A stretch of DNA of 64,000 nucleotides from an uncultured Candidatus Rokubacteria bacterium. Its GTDB lineage: Bacteria; Methylomirabilota; Methylomirabilia; Rokubacteriales; CSP1-6. The stretch lies in contig CAVYTA010000005.1 of assembly GCA_963771355.1 (NCBI GenBank), positions 128,001 through 192,000 of the forward strand, read 5' to 3'. The notes under the pieces were generated by a model that did not search any database, was not told where the DNA came from, and worked only from the letters and a program-made list of their open reading frames with translations. Position numbers and translations under genes: made by a program. The number at the start of each line of letters is the position of its first letter. The first letter of the stretch is position 1. Shown piece after piece: positions 52,168 to 61,693 of this stretch.

Positions 52168-52308
52168 GTGGGCGTGTCCTCCTCGACGGGGTTGTGAGCC
52201 GGCGTCCGCGCCGGCGCGAAACTTCCGATAGCATAAGCCAGGTCGGTCACTCGAGGGGCCGCGTTTTCGGACGGCAACGGTTCGGATATTGGGATAGGGT
52301 GAAGGGCC

Positions 52309-53763
52309 ATGAAAACCCATATCGAGGGCGGCTGGGTCGTCGCGTTCAACGGCAGGACGCACGAGGTCCACGAGCGGGGCAGCGTGGTGGTGGAGGACGA
52401 TCACGTGCTCCATGCGGGCCCGCCGTATGGGGGGCCGGCCGACGCGACCATCTCGGCGAAGGGCAAGCTCGTCTCGCCGGGGTTCATCAATACGCATGTC
52501 CACACCGCCGGCAACGGCGGCGACTACCTGCTCCTGGACATGGCCAAGAACGACTACCGCACCGCCAACTACATGAGCTTCGCCGCCCCGCTCAAGGGCG
52601 CGATGACGCCCCCGCCGCCGGAGGCGGTGGCGGCCATCCGTGAGTTCGTCTTTCTCCACGCCCTCAAGGGCGGCACCACCACCATCATCGACGTGGGCGG
52701 GCTCCGCGGCGACTGGGACGGCTACGCGCGCCTGGTGGACGACCTCGGCGTGCGCGTGTATGGGAGCCCGACCTTCCGCGACCGGAACACCTTCATGGAC
52801 GCGCAGGGGCGGCTCTACTACGACCACGACGCGGCGGCAGGCGAGGCCGCCTTCAAGGAGGCACTGGAGTTCGTGAAGAAGTTCGACGGCTCCGCCGGCG
52901 GGCGCCTGCGGGGCATGCTCAACGCGGCGCAGGTGGAGACCTGCACCGAGTCTCTGCTGCGGGCGGGGAAGGATGCGGCGCGCACGCTCAACATCCCCAT
53001 CCACACCCATGCCGGCGGCAATCTGATCGAGTTCGAGCGGATCATGGCGGAGTACCGGAAGACGCCCATCCAGTTCCTGGCCGACATCGGCTTTCTGGAC
53101 GAGCGCACCCTGCTCGGCCACGCCGTCTTCACCACCGCGCATCCCTGGCCGCGCTATCAATTCGGCGACGACCTGCGCGTGCTCGCCCAGACCGGCGCCA
53201 CCGTCGGGCACTGCCCGTACAAGTACGCCAAGATGGCGATGACGCTCCAGTCCTTCCAGCGCTACCTCGAGGCCGGCGTGAACATCGCCATCGGGACCGA
53301 TACCTTCCCGATGGACATGGTGGCCGAGCTGCGCTGGGCGTCGATCCTCGCCAAGATCGCGGACGCCAACTACCAGGCCGGGCTCGCGCGCGACGTCTTC
53401 AACGCGGCCACGCTGGGCGGGTGCAAGTTCCTCGGCCGTACCGATCTGGGCCGCCTCGCGCCCGGCGCCAAGGCCGACCTCCTCCTCATCAACCTCGATC
53501 ATCTGGGCGCGGGCATCTATGCCGATCCCATCAAGTCGCTGGTGGACGCCGGCTGCGGCCGGGACGTGGACACGGTGATGGTCAATGGCAAGATCCTGGT
53601 GCAGGGGGGCCGCGTCAGTCGCGTGGACGAGGACGCGGTGTATGCGAAGGTGCGCCAGGTGACCCAGCGCTACTGGGAGCATGTGCCCCGCTGGCGCTGG
53701 GACAAGGCGGGCGTGGATCAGATCATTCCACCGGCCTTCCCGCTCCATCGTGCCGCGCCGTAG
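52309..53763 (+). CDS. Amidohydrolase (chlorohydrolase/deaminase-like)
   Basis: PGFINTHVH, GGTTT, IHTH, LGH, HCP, IGTD, ATLGG, GRLAPGAKAD. Confidence 0.88.
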   Translation: MKTHIEGGWVVAFNGRTHEVHERGSVVVEDDHVLHAGPPYGGPADATISAKGKLVSPGFINTHVHTAGNGGDYLLLDMAKNDYRTANYMSFAAPLKGAMTPPPPEAVAAIREFVFLHALKGGTTTIIDVGGLRGDWDGYARLVDDLGVRVYGSPTFRDRNTFMDAQGRLYYDHDAAAGEAAFKEALEFVKKFDGSAGGRLRGMLNAAQVETCTESLLRAGKDAARTLNIPIHTHAGGNLIEFERIMAEYRKTPIQFLADIGFLDERTLLGHAVFTTAHPWPRYQFGDDLRVLAQTGATVGHCPYKYAKMAMTLQSFQRYLEAGVNIAIGTDTFPMDMVAELRWASILAKIADANYQAGLARDVFNAATLGGCKFLGRTDLGRLAPGAKADLLLINLDHLGAGIYADPIKSLVDAGCGRDVDTVMVNGKILVQGGRVSRVDEDAVYAKVRQVTQRYWEHVPRWRWDKAGVDQIIPPAFPLHRAAP

Positions 53764-54637
53764 GCGCTCCCGTCGCGCCGAGGGCGACGCCGCCCAGGAT
53801 GAGGATGATGGCCGCGATGAGGGACACGGTCGGTGTCTCGCCCAGCCAGAGCGTCGCGGTCACCACGCTGACCACCGGCGTCATGAGGAGCCCCAGCGCG
53901 GTTGTGACGGCGGGCAGGTTGCGGCTCGCCATTGCCACCGCCCAGTACGCCAGCGCGGAGCCGGGGATGCCCGCGTAGAGCAGCATGAGCACAAGGCGCG
54001 GGCTCCAGGTCACGGCGGGGAAGGGCGTGGTGGCGAATCCCACCGCGGTGAGGATGACGGTGGCGAGCAGGATCTCCCAGGGCAGGAGATCGAAGGGCGT
54101 TCCCCGCCATCGGTGCGCCCGGATGTGCAGGATGCTGCTCGCCCAGAGGAAGGCCGCGGCAAGAATGGCCAGATTGCCCAGCACCGCGCGTCGATCCCCC
54201 CAGTCGAAGGCGAGCGGGTTGAAGAGCGCGACCAGGCCCAGCAACCCCAGCGCCACGCTGGCCAGCCGCCGTGGCGTGAGCCGTTCGCCGAGGAACAGGA
54301 TGGCGCCCGGCGTCACCCACAAGGGCGTGGTGTAGGCGAGCACCACCGAGCGGCCCGTCGTCACCTGCTGAAGCCCCCACGTCGAGAGCAGCGTGAATCC
54401 CACCATGTGGAGCAGGGTGATGCTCAGCAGCACCGGCAGGTCCGCGCGGGCCGGCCGCGGCAGACGGCCCCGCAGCAGCGCGATGGCGAAGATCGTGACC
54501 ATGCCGATGGCGGTGCGCAGCGCTACCGACCACACCGGCGGCAGCGACTCGAGCAGGACCTTGTGGACGGGCCAGGTGAGGCCCCAGCAGATCACGGTGG
54601 TGATCAGCAGGAGCACGCCGGTACGGTGAGCGGTCAT
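53723..54637 (-). CDS. DMT/EamA family transporter
   Basis: Start MTAHRTGV at 54637; WGLTWP, YTTPLW, LGE repeats; about 10 TMs. Confidence 0.88.
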   Translation of the reverse strand: MTAHRTGVLLLITTVICWGLTWPVHKVLLESLPPVWSVALRTAIGMVTIFAIALLRGRLPRPARADLPVLLSITLLHMVGFTLLSTWGLQQVTTGRSVVLAYTTPLWVTPGAILFLGERLTPRRLASVALGLLGLVALFNPLAFDWGDRRAVLGNLAILAAAFLWASSILHIRAHRWRGTPFDLLPWEILLATVILTAVGFATTPFPAVTWSPRLVLMLLYAGIPGSALAYWAVAMASRNLPAVTTALGLLMTPVVSVVTATLWLGETPTVSLIAAIILILGGVALGATGAPTARHDGAGRPVE

Positions 54638-54702
54638 CGTGGCGGCCGGATCATACACGATACTTGCGCCGCGGCCGCCGCCTTGGGATAATCCGTTCGG
54701 AG

Positions 54703-54788
54703 CTTCGAGGAGCGTTGCGACGGGAACCCATCCCGCCAGGCTCGGAGCGGCCGGCCTCACGGGCCGGCTGTCGGTGCAACGGCGCTCG
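54703..54788 (+). ncRNA. SAH riboswitch
   Basis: CTTCGAGGAGCGTTGCGACGGG..CCCGCCAGGCTCGGAG...CAACGGCGCTC. P1 pairs CTTCGAG with CTCGGAG; pseudoknot pairs GAGCGTTG with CAACGGCGCTC. Directly upstream of ahcY. Confidence 0.92.
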
Positions 54789-54818
54789 CAAACTCCATTC
54801 CTCAGAGGAGGGCGCGAG

Positions 54819-56235
54819 ATGAGCGCCAATCGGAATTCCGCTCCCGCCGACCACGTCGTTGCTGACATCACCCTCGCCGACTGGGGCCGCAAGGAGATGC
54901 AGATCGCCGAGACCGAGATGCCCGGTCTCATGGCCATCCGCGAGGAGTACGCGGCCACCCAGCCCCTGCGCGGCGCCCGCATCACGGGCTCGCTGCACAT
55001 GACCATCCAGACCGCGGTCCTCATCGAGACGCTCCGGGCGCTCGGTGCGGAGGTGCGCTGGGCATCTTGCAATATCTTCAGCACCCAGGACCATGCCGCC
55101 GCCGCCATCGCCGCCTCGGGCGTCGCGGTATTCGCGGTGAAGGGCGAGTCGCTGGACGAGTACTGGGACTATACGCATCGCATCTTCGAGTGGCCCGACG
55201 GCGGCCACTCCAACATGATTCTGGACGACGGTGGCGATGCCACCCTACTGCTCCACCTGGGCGCCCAGGCGGAGCGCGACGCTGCCCCTATCGCGCATCC
55301 GACCAACGAGGAGGAGACCTCCCTTTTCACCGCCATCAAGGCCAAGCTGGCCAAGGACCCCACGTGGTACTCCACCCGGCTCGGCAAGATCCGGGGCGTG
55401 AGCGAGGAGACCACCACCGGGGTGAAGCGGCTCTACCAGATGGCGAAGGACGGGAAGCTGAAGTTTCCCGCCATCAACGTCAACGACTCGGTGACCAAGA
55501 GCAAGTTCGACAACCTCTACGGCTGCCGCGAGTCGCTGGTGGACGGGATCAAGCGCGCCACCGACGTCATGATCGCGGGCAAGGTCGCGGTGGTGTGCGG
55601 CTACGGAGACGTGGGCAAGGGCTCGGCGCAGGCGCTCCGCGCCCTGTCCGCCCAGGTGTGGGTCACCGAGGTCGATCCCATCTGCGCCCTCCAGGCGGCG
55701 ATGGAAGGCTACCGCGTGGTGACCATGGAGGAGGCGGCGAGCCAGGGCGACATCTTCGTCACCGCCACCGGGAACTACCACGTCATCACCCACGACCACA
55801 TGCGGCGGATGAAGGACCAGGCCATCGTCTGCAACATCGGCCACTTCGACAGCGAGATCGACATTGCCTCGCTCCGGCAATACAAGTGGGAAAACATCAA
55901 GCCGCAGGTGGACCACATCGTGTTCCCCGACGGCAAGCGCATCATTCTCCTCGCCGAGGGGCGCCTGGTGAACCTCGGGTGTGGCACCGGGCATCCGAGC
56001 TACGTGATGAGCTCGTCCTTCGCCAACCAGGTGATCGCCCAGATCGAGCTCTTCACCAAGACCGCCGACTATCCCATTGCCGTGTACGTGCTGCCCAAGC
56101 ACCTCGACGAGAAGGTGGCGCGGCTCCAGCTCACGAAGCTGGCCGCGAAGCTCACGGTGCTCACCGACGCGCAGGCGCGCTACATCGGGGTGGACAGGTC
56201 CGGGCCCCTACAAGCCCGACCACTACCGCTACTAG
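54819..56235 (+). CDS. ahcY: Adenosylhomocysteinase; one extra C at 56205-56208 hides the true end [10 protein letters not shown]
   Basis: [66 protein letters not shown]. Conserved C-terminus [11 protein letters not shown] ends at 56235 in the shifted frame. Confidence 0.96.
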
Positions 56236-56349
56236 GACTGGCCGGGCTGACGGAGCTCACCGCTCCGTCAGCCCGGCCGGGCGCCATTACCTCGCGGGGA
56301 ATTGCGCGTCCTTCCTTGCGTCCTCACCATGGGGCAAAAGGAGGACGTC

Positions 56350-56739
56350 ATGCCCCTACCTAGCGACAACGCGACCTTTCTGCGGCGAAGCCTTCAGCTT
56401 GACGGAGCGGCTTCCGGGCTCACCGGCGCGCTGCTCGTGCTCGCCGCGCCGCCCATCTCGCGCCTCATCGGCCTTTCCGCGCCCGGGATCGCACGGGCGG
56501 TTGGCGTCGGGCTCCTCATCTTCGCCGTGGCGCTGCTCTGGAATGCGCGCCGGCCGGTCCCCAGCCGGAGTGAGGCCGTGCTCGCGGTGGCGCTCAACGC
56601 CGTCTGGGTGGTGGGCAGCCTGATCCTCATCGTGGATGGTCCCCTGACGCTTCTGGGCGCGGGCGCGGTGGCGGCGGTCGCCGCGGCGGTGCTCGGGTTC
56701 TCGGTCCTGGAGGTGATCGGGCTGCGCCGGCTGCGCTAG
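56350..56739 (+). CDS. Hypothetical integral membrane protein
   Basis: AGGAGG RBS; four hydrophobic helices; LRRSLQLDG and NAVWVVGS motifs. Confidence 0.72.
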   Translation: MPLPSDNATFLRRSLQLDGAASGLTGALLVLAAPPISRLIGLSAPGIARAVGVGLLIFAVALLWNARRPVPSRSEAVLAVALNAVWVVGSLILIVDGPLTLLGAGAVAAVAAAVLGFSVLEVIGLRRLR

Positions 56740-56790
56740 AGGCCGCTCACGATCCGGGCGCGGCCGGCATCGGGTACGATAGCCGCACCC

Positions 56791-57996
56791 ATGCCGACCG
56801 CCCGGGACGACTGGCAGCGCAATGTCTGGGCGCTGGCGCTGATCGTCTTCACCGCCTTCGTGGGCTTTCAGTTCTTCTCGCCATTCCTCCCGCTCTACGT
56901 GCACGAGCTGGGCGTCACCGACCCCGGCCACATCGCGATCTGGTCCGGGGTGCTGCTGGCCGTCACGCCCGCGGTGTCGGGGCTGCTGGGCCCGCTCTGG
57001 GGCGCGCTGGCCGATCGGGTGGGGCGAAAGCTGATGATGGTCCGCTCGCTGGTGGCCTTCGTCGTGATCATCGCGGCCATGGGATTGGTAACGTCCGTCT
57101 ATCAGCTCCTCGTCGCGCGGGTGCTGCAGGGCGTCTTCGCGGGCTTCTCGGTCTTCGCGATGGCCCTGGCCAGCGTCTCGTGCCCTCGCGACAAGGTGCC
57201 GGTGGCGATCGGCCGGGTGCAGTCGGCGCAGCTGCTGAGCGTGGCGGTGGGGCCCGCCGCGGGGGGCTATGTCGCGTCACACTGGGGCATTCGTGCCGCC
57301 TTCTTCGTGACCGCGGGCATGTGCGCGCTCTCGCTGCTGGGACTGATCCTGCTCTTCACCGAGGCGCGGCCGTCCGCGTCCGGCGCGGCGGCGGAGAAGC
57401 CGGAGCGGCTGCCGCTGGCGCAGATGTTCCGCATCCCGCACTTCGCCGCGGTGCTGGGGTTGCTCTTCCTCGCGCAGTACATCGACCGCAGCCTCGCCCT
57501 CATGGTCCCGCTGAAGGTCGCGCACCTGCCCGGCATCGAACGGGTGGCCGCCACCTCGGGGCTCATCATCTCGGTGGCGGCGGTCTGCGCGACGATCTCC
57601 GCGAGCCTGGCCGGCCGGCTGGGATTGCGCTGGCCGCTGGGCTGGCTCCTCCTTGTCGGCTGCCTCGCCGGCGGCATTCCGTGCGCGCTGATGGCCTGGT
57701 CCGACGGCTGGCTCTCGCTGCTCCTCCTGCGCTGCGCTTCCGCCCTGTGTCTGGGCGGCTCGCTCACGCTGGCCTATTCGCTGGGCGGACAGATCGTGCC
57801 GAGCGCGAGCCGCGGCTCCGCCTTCGGCTGGCTTGCGCTCAGCGTCCAGGTCGGCACCGCGGTGAGCCCGCTCGCCACCGGGGCGCTGGCGGCGGTGAGT
57901 CTGCCCGGTGCCTTTCTCTTCGATGGCGTGCTGGCCTGGGTCGCGGGCGGGCTCCTGTTCTTCGGCGCGCGCGGCCTGCTTGCCCGGCGTGACTGA
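56791..57996 (+). CDS. MFS transporter (MdtG/DHA1-like)
   Basis: PFLPLYV, WGALADRVGRK (motif A), RVLQG; 12 TMs. Confidence 0.9.
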   Translation: MPTARDDWQRNVWALALIVFTAFVGFQFFSPFLPLYVHELGVTDPGHIAIWSGVLLAVTPAVSGLLGPLWGALADRVGRKLMMVRSLVAFVVIIAAMGLVTSVYQLLVARVLQGVFAGFSVFAMALASVSCPRDKVPVAIGRVQSAQLLSVAVGPAAGGYVASHWGIRAAFFVTAGMCALSLLGLILLFTEARPSASGAAAEKPERLPLAQMFRIPHFAAVLGLLFLAQYIDRSLALMVPLKVAHLPGIERVAATSGLIISVAAVCATISASLAGRLGLRWPLGWLLLVGCLAGGIPCALMAWSDGWLSLLLLRCASALCLGGSLTLAYSLGGQIVPSASRGSAFGWLALSVQVGTAVSPLATGALAAVSLPGAFLFDGVLAWVAGGLLFFGARGLLARRD

Positions 57997-58032
57997 GGCC
58001 GTCGCGCCGACGCTCTGCTAGACTGCGAGCCG

Positions 58033-58929
58033 ATGCCGCCCGAGCTCCTCACCGCGCGCACGTCCACGCTCGAGATCGCCTGCGAGGCGTACGGCCCTCG
58101 CGACGGCGCGCCGGTCATCCTGCTGCATGGCTTTCCCGACGACGCTCGCGCCTGGGACGCGGTGGCGCCGCCGCTCGCGGCCGCGGGCCATCGCGTGCTC
58201 GTGCCGTACCTGCGCGGCTATGGCCCCACGCGCTTCCTCTCCGAGTCGGCACCGCGCATGGCCCAGCAAGCCGCCATCGGCCAGGATCTGCTCGACCTGA
58301 TCACGGCGCTCGACCTGCCGCCCGTCGCGCTCGCGGGGTACGACTGGGGTGGCCGGGCCGCGTGCATCGCCGCCATTCTCGCGCCGGAGCGCGTGCGGGT
58401 GCTGGTGACAATCGGCGGCTACAACGTGCAGGACACGCTGGGGCCGCCGCGGCCCGCCGATGCCGTCCAGGAACGAGCGAACTGGTATCAGTGGTACTTC
58501 AATACCGAGCGGGGCCGGCTGGGCCTCGAGAAGAATCGCCGCGAGATCTGCCGCATGCTCTGGGCGGACTGGTCGCCGGGCTGGCGCTTCGACGAGGCGA
58601 CGTTCGAGCGCACCGCGCCGTCTTTCGATAATCCGGACTTCGTGTCCATCGTGATTCACTCCTACCGCCACCGCCATCGCCACGCGCCCGGCGATCCGCG
58701 CTTCGACGCCATCGAGCGCCGGCTGGCCGAGCGGCCGCCCATCACCGTCCCGTCGGTGATTCTCCACGGCGCGGAGGACACGGTGGATCGGCCGCCGCGC
58801 ACCGAGGGGCACCTCAAGTATTTTCCCCCGGGGACGGAGCGCCGCGTGGTGGCGGGGGCCGGCCACTTCATGCCGCGCGAGCAGCCCGGCGCGGTGGTGG
58901 ACGCTCTGCGTGCCTTGCTACTTCGGTAG
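58033..58929 (+). CDS. Alpha/beta hydrolase (epoxide hydrolase-like)
   Basis: LLHGFP, LRGYG, GYDWGG (Asp nucleophile), GAGHF. Confidence 0.9.
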   Translation: MPPELLTARTSTLEIACEAYGPRDGAPVILLHGFPDDARAWDAVAPPLAAAGHRVLVPYLRGYGPTRFLSESAPRMAQQAAIGQDLLDLITALDLPPVALAGYDWGGRAACIAAILAPERVRVLVTIGGYNVQDTLGPPRPADAVQERANWYQWYFNTERGRLGLEKNRREICRMLWADWSPGWRFDEATFERTAPSFDNPDFVSIVIHSYRHRHRHAPGDPRFDAIERRLAERPPITVPSVILHGAEDTVDRPPRTEGHLKYFPPGTERRVVAGAGHFMPREQPGAVVDALRALLLR

Positions 58930-59040
58930 GAGGATGGTGGCCACGAAGCGGATGCCCCACTCGGGGGCGCTGACCGGCCGCTCCGCCCAGTAGCAGCCGA
59001 ACCCGCCGAGGATCAGGTTGAGCTTCGCGGTGAGGCTGAT
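58918..59040 (-). pseudogene. Remnant C-terminus of an outer-membrane beta-barrel protein
   Basis: Manual translation ISLTAKLNLILGGFGCYWAERPVSAPEWGIRFVATILLPK* resembles the 'YWAERP..GP.WG.RF..TLLFPK' end of a barrel family (recalled, not searched); no gene body upstream. Confidence 0.45.
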
Positions 59041-59141
59041 GCGGGTCGCGCGATCTCGAGGAGACTGCCAAGCAAGAGCGCGCCGAGGAGGCTCGCCAGC
59101 ACGAGTCCGTGCCGCCTCGGCGCGCTACTTGTCATCGGATG

Positions 59142-59534
59142 CTACTGTACCTTGCGGAGCGTGACGGTGGCGGGCATGACCCCGTTGATCTGTCCGGTCA
59201 TCTCGTTCCCGTTCACCTTAAACCACCCCGTGGCGTCGGGTCCGGTGATCTGGATGTCATTCCCGGACATGATGCCATTGGTGAACCCTGCCCGCCCCCG
59301 ATGTGGCCCCTGGATATCCAGCGTCCCCCTCACCTGGCTGCCGTTCTGGGTCCACTTGACGGTCAAGGTGCCGTTTCCCGCGGTCGAGGGCTCGAACATC
59401 CAGGGGCCGGTCCAGGTGCCCGTGATATCGGTGGCGGGCGGCGCGCCGGACGTGGCGGACGGAGCGGTCGAGCAGGCCGCGGCCCCAACGAGCATCATTC
59501 CGCCGATCAGCATTCCCATCGCGAGCTTGCGCAT
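59142..59534 (-). CDS. Small lipoprotein
   Basis: AAGGAGG RBS; MRKLAMGMLIGGMMLVGAAAC lipobox; DITGTWTG beta-rich domain. Confidence 0.75.
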   Translation of the reverse strand: MRKLAMGMLIGGMMLVGAAACSTAPSATSGAPPATDITGTWTGPWMFEPSTAGNGTLTVKWTQNGSQVRGTLDIQGPHRGRAGFTNGIMSGNDIQITGPDATGWFKVNGNEMTGQINGVMPATVTLRKVQ

Positions 59535-59688
59535 GGCTGTCCTCCTTGGATTGTGTGCGGGTCGCGGTACCTTGCCGCACCATACGCAATAGAGGGAGCC
59601 GCCGGACATCGGACCTTAGGCCTACCCTGGCCTCCCGGTCTCCCCCGCTCCTGCTGCCGTCCTAGGCGCTCAGGACCAGGCTCGTCCT

Positions 59689-60060
59689 TCAGCGGAGATC
59701 CGGCGTTCCGAGGGCGCGCTCAATGGCTTCGAGCAGCGCGTGATCCTCGAAGGGCTTGCGCAGGTAGGCGACCGCGCCGGAGCGCCGGACCCGCCCATGG
59801 GTAGCCTCGTCGTCGTGGGCGGTGATGAAGATGACCGGGGCCTGTACCCCCATCGTCTTCAGCCGCTCCTGCACGTCGAGGCCGCTCAGCCCGCCCAGGT
59901 GGATGTCCAGCACGATGCAGTGGCTCCGGCCGAGCGATTCCGAATCCAGGAACTCCGGCCCCGAGGCGAAGGTCTCGACGGAAAATCCGGCCGAGGCGAC
60001 CAGGCGGCGCAGGGCGCGGCGCACCGAGAGATCGTCGTCGATGATGGACACGAGCATCAT
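59689..60060 (-). CDS. Single-domain response regulator (receiver only)
   Basis: IIDDD, VLDIHL, FITAHDD, YLRKPF. Confidence 0.88.
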   Translation of the reverse strand: MMLVSIIDDDLSVRRALRRLVASAGFSVETFASGPEFLDSESLGRSHCIVLDIHLGGLSGLDVQERLKTMGVQAPVIFITAHDDEATHGRVRRSGAVAYLRKPFEDHALLEAIERALGTPDLR

Positions 60061-60115
60061 GAGGTTCGTGGTGACCAATAGAACGGAGGCTAGACCATTC
60101 CCGGGACGTTCGACA

Positions 60116-60131
60116 TTGGACCTTGGTCCAA
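60116..60131. promoter_or_regulatory. Palindromic operator TTGGACC-TT-GGTCCAA (copy 1)
   Basis: Perfect 7-2-7 inverted repeat upstream of the receiver-only gene; identical copy at 60838-60853. Confidence 0.7.
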
Positions 60132-60165
60132 GGGCGGAGGTTCCGCGCCGGGGGCTGGGTCGGTC

Positions 60166-60795
60166 TCAGCGCGCTCCGTGGGGGTGGAGCCGGCCGGCCA
60201 TGCGTACCAGATCGGCCATGGAATCTGCCCGCATCTTCTGCATCACGCGCGCGCGGTGGACCTTCACCGTTTTCTCGCTGATGCCGAGCTCGGCGGCGAC
60301 TTGCTTGTTGAGTAGTCCACGCACGACCAGCCGAAGCACCTCCGCCTCGCGGGGGGTGAGTGTCCGGGCACGGCTCTGCAAGTCGGTCAGCTGGGCCCGC
60401 TCGCGCCGGTCCCGCTTGTCCTTGGCCATCGCGCGCTCCACCGCTTCCAGCAGGTCCTCGGCGGAGTACGGCTTGGTCAGAAAATCCACCGCCCCGCCCT
60501 TCATGGCGCGGACGCTGGTGGAGACGTCGCCGTGGCCGGTGACGAAGATGATGGGGATGGCCTTGCGCGCGGCCACCAACGCTTCCTGGAGCTCGAGCCC
60601 GTTCCGGCCCGGCATCTTGAGATCGAGCAGGAGACAGCCGGGCTCGATCGAGAGGGGGTGCGAGAGGAACTCGTCGGCGGAGGCAAAGGTCTCGACCTGA
60701 TAGCCGGCGGTGCGCAAGAGCCGGCCAAAGCTCTTCCGTACCGACGCGTCGTCGTCCACGACATATACCGTGCGGCAGGGCTCGGTCACGGGCAT
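60166..60795 (-). CDS. FixJ/NodW/TodT-family response regulator (REC + LuxR HTH)
   Basis: VVDDD, LLDLKMP, TGHGD, AMKGGAVDFLTKP, LTPREAEV..GLLNKQVAAELGISEKTVKVHRARVMQK. Confidence 0.93.
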   Translation of the reverse strand: MPVTEPCRTVYVVDDDASVRKSFGRLLRTAGYQVETFASADEFLSHPLSIEPGCLLLDLKMPGRNGLELQEALVAARKAIPIIFVTGHGDVSTSVRAMKGGAVDFLTKPYSAEDLLEAVERAMAKDKRDRRERAQLTDLQSRARTLTPREAEVLRLVVRGLLNKQVAAELGISEKTVKVHRARVMQKMRADSMADLVRMAGRLHPHGAR

Positions 60796-60837
60796 GGCAG
60801 TCTTCCGGAGGATCTCACCCCTCGGTCTCCCACCGCA

Positions 60838-60853
60838 TTGGACCTTGGTCCAA
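60838..60853. promoter_or_regulatory. Palindromic operator TTGGACC-TT-GGTCCAA (copy 2)
   Basis: Identical to 60116-60131 including the preceding CA; about 43 bp upstream of the FixJ-like gene start. Confidence 0.7.
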
Positions 60854-61417
60854 TCCCCGTGCGGGGCGCGTCGTCACTCCCCAATCTTAACGGCGATGCC
60901 CTGGGTGCCGCCCTGAATAGTCGTCCTGCGACTTCCGGTCCGGGCGGCCCGTCGCCTTCACCTTTGAGTTGCAGTATCATGGGCCGGGCTCGCGGAGGGC
61001 CTCGGCGTCTTGCGACTGGTGGCCACTTTCGTGGCGCTGTTCGGGGGGTGGAGGTAATGGATTTAGCGGGATTGATCGTCGGTCCGGTCGTGATGTCATT
61101 GGTCCTCGCCGCGCTGCGGATCTACGAGGCCCGCCGGCGTGAATCTCCGGACGATCGGTCAACGGGCGATAGGACCATGGTCCCATATCGGGCCCCACCG
61201 TCGGCGCACTACGCTCTGGACCATGTGCTGTCGCGTCAGTACCAGACAATCTTCCGACGACTGCGGCGCGGCCGCGGCGGCGGTACCACCCACGGCGCCG
61301 GGTGATGCGGGGACAATCGAGGCGCGAACGGGGATCACGGCGCGGGGCCCCCGGTTGGGGACGTCGACGCCCCAGCCGGTCGCCGACCGGGTCGGAGACC
61401 GACAGGAGGAACTCCAC

Positions 61418-61678
61418 ATGCGGGTACGAGCGGTGACCACACTAGTGGCGTTGGCGGCGGCTGTCTGGCTGAGCGGCTGCGCGACGTCGGAGGAATGGGC
61501 GGAGTGGAAGGGCCACTCGTCGCACTTCGCCTCCGACAAGCACATGGGGTTCTCGCTACGGAACAACAAGGACGGGTCGAATCTCCGTGTCACCCGCGCC
61601 GACATGGCTGCGGCTCCCCGCGAGAACTGGTGGGGAACGGCCCTCACCGTCAACCCGAACCAGATCTTCCAGGACTAG
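61418..61678 (+). CDS. Small lipoprotein
   Basis: AGGAGG RBS; MRVRAVTTLVALAAAVWLSGC lipobox; directly upstream of pal. Confidence 0.72.
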   Translation: MRVRAVTTLVALAAAVWLSGCATSEEWAEWKGHSSHFASDKHMGFSLRNNKDGSNLRVTRADMAAAPRENWWGTALTVNPNQIFQD

Positions 61679-61693
61679 GCGAGGACACCCATC

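Noticed and set aside
52168..53748. Apparent 527-aa N-terminal extension of the SBP (894-aa track ORF)
   Set aside because: The extension is antisense to the amidohydrolase; the real start with RBS and Tat signal is at 52167. The same applies to the extended track ORFs 29124-30986, 38383-40119 and 24874-26631.
56236..56363. Unusual C-terminal extension of AhcY in the ORF track
   Set aside because: Artefact of one extra C at 56205-56208; the conserved [10 protein letters not shown] end is present in the adjacent frame.
61057..61305. Possible 82-aa small membrane protein (GGAGG RBS, MDLAGLIVGPVVMSLVLAAL...)
   Set aside because: Plausible start and TM, but the rest is low-information and overlaps the palindromic site; insufficient support without homologs.
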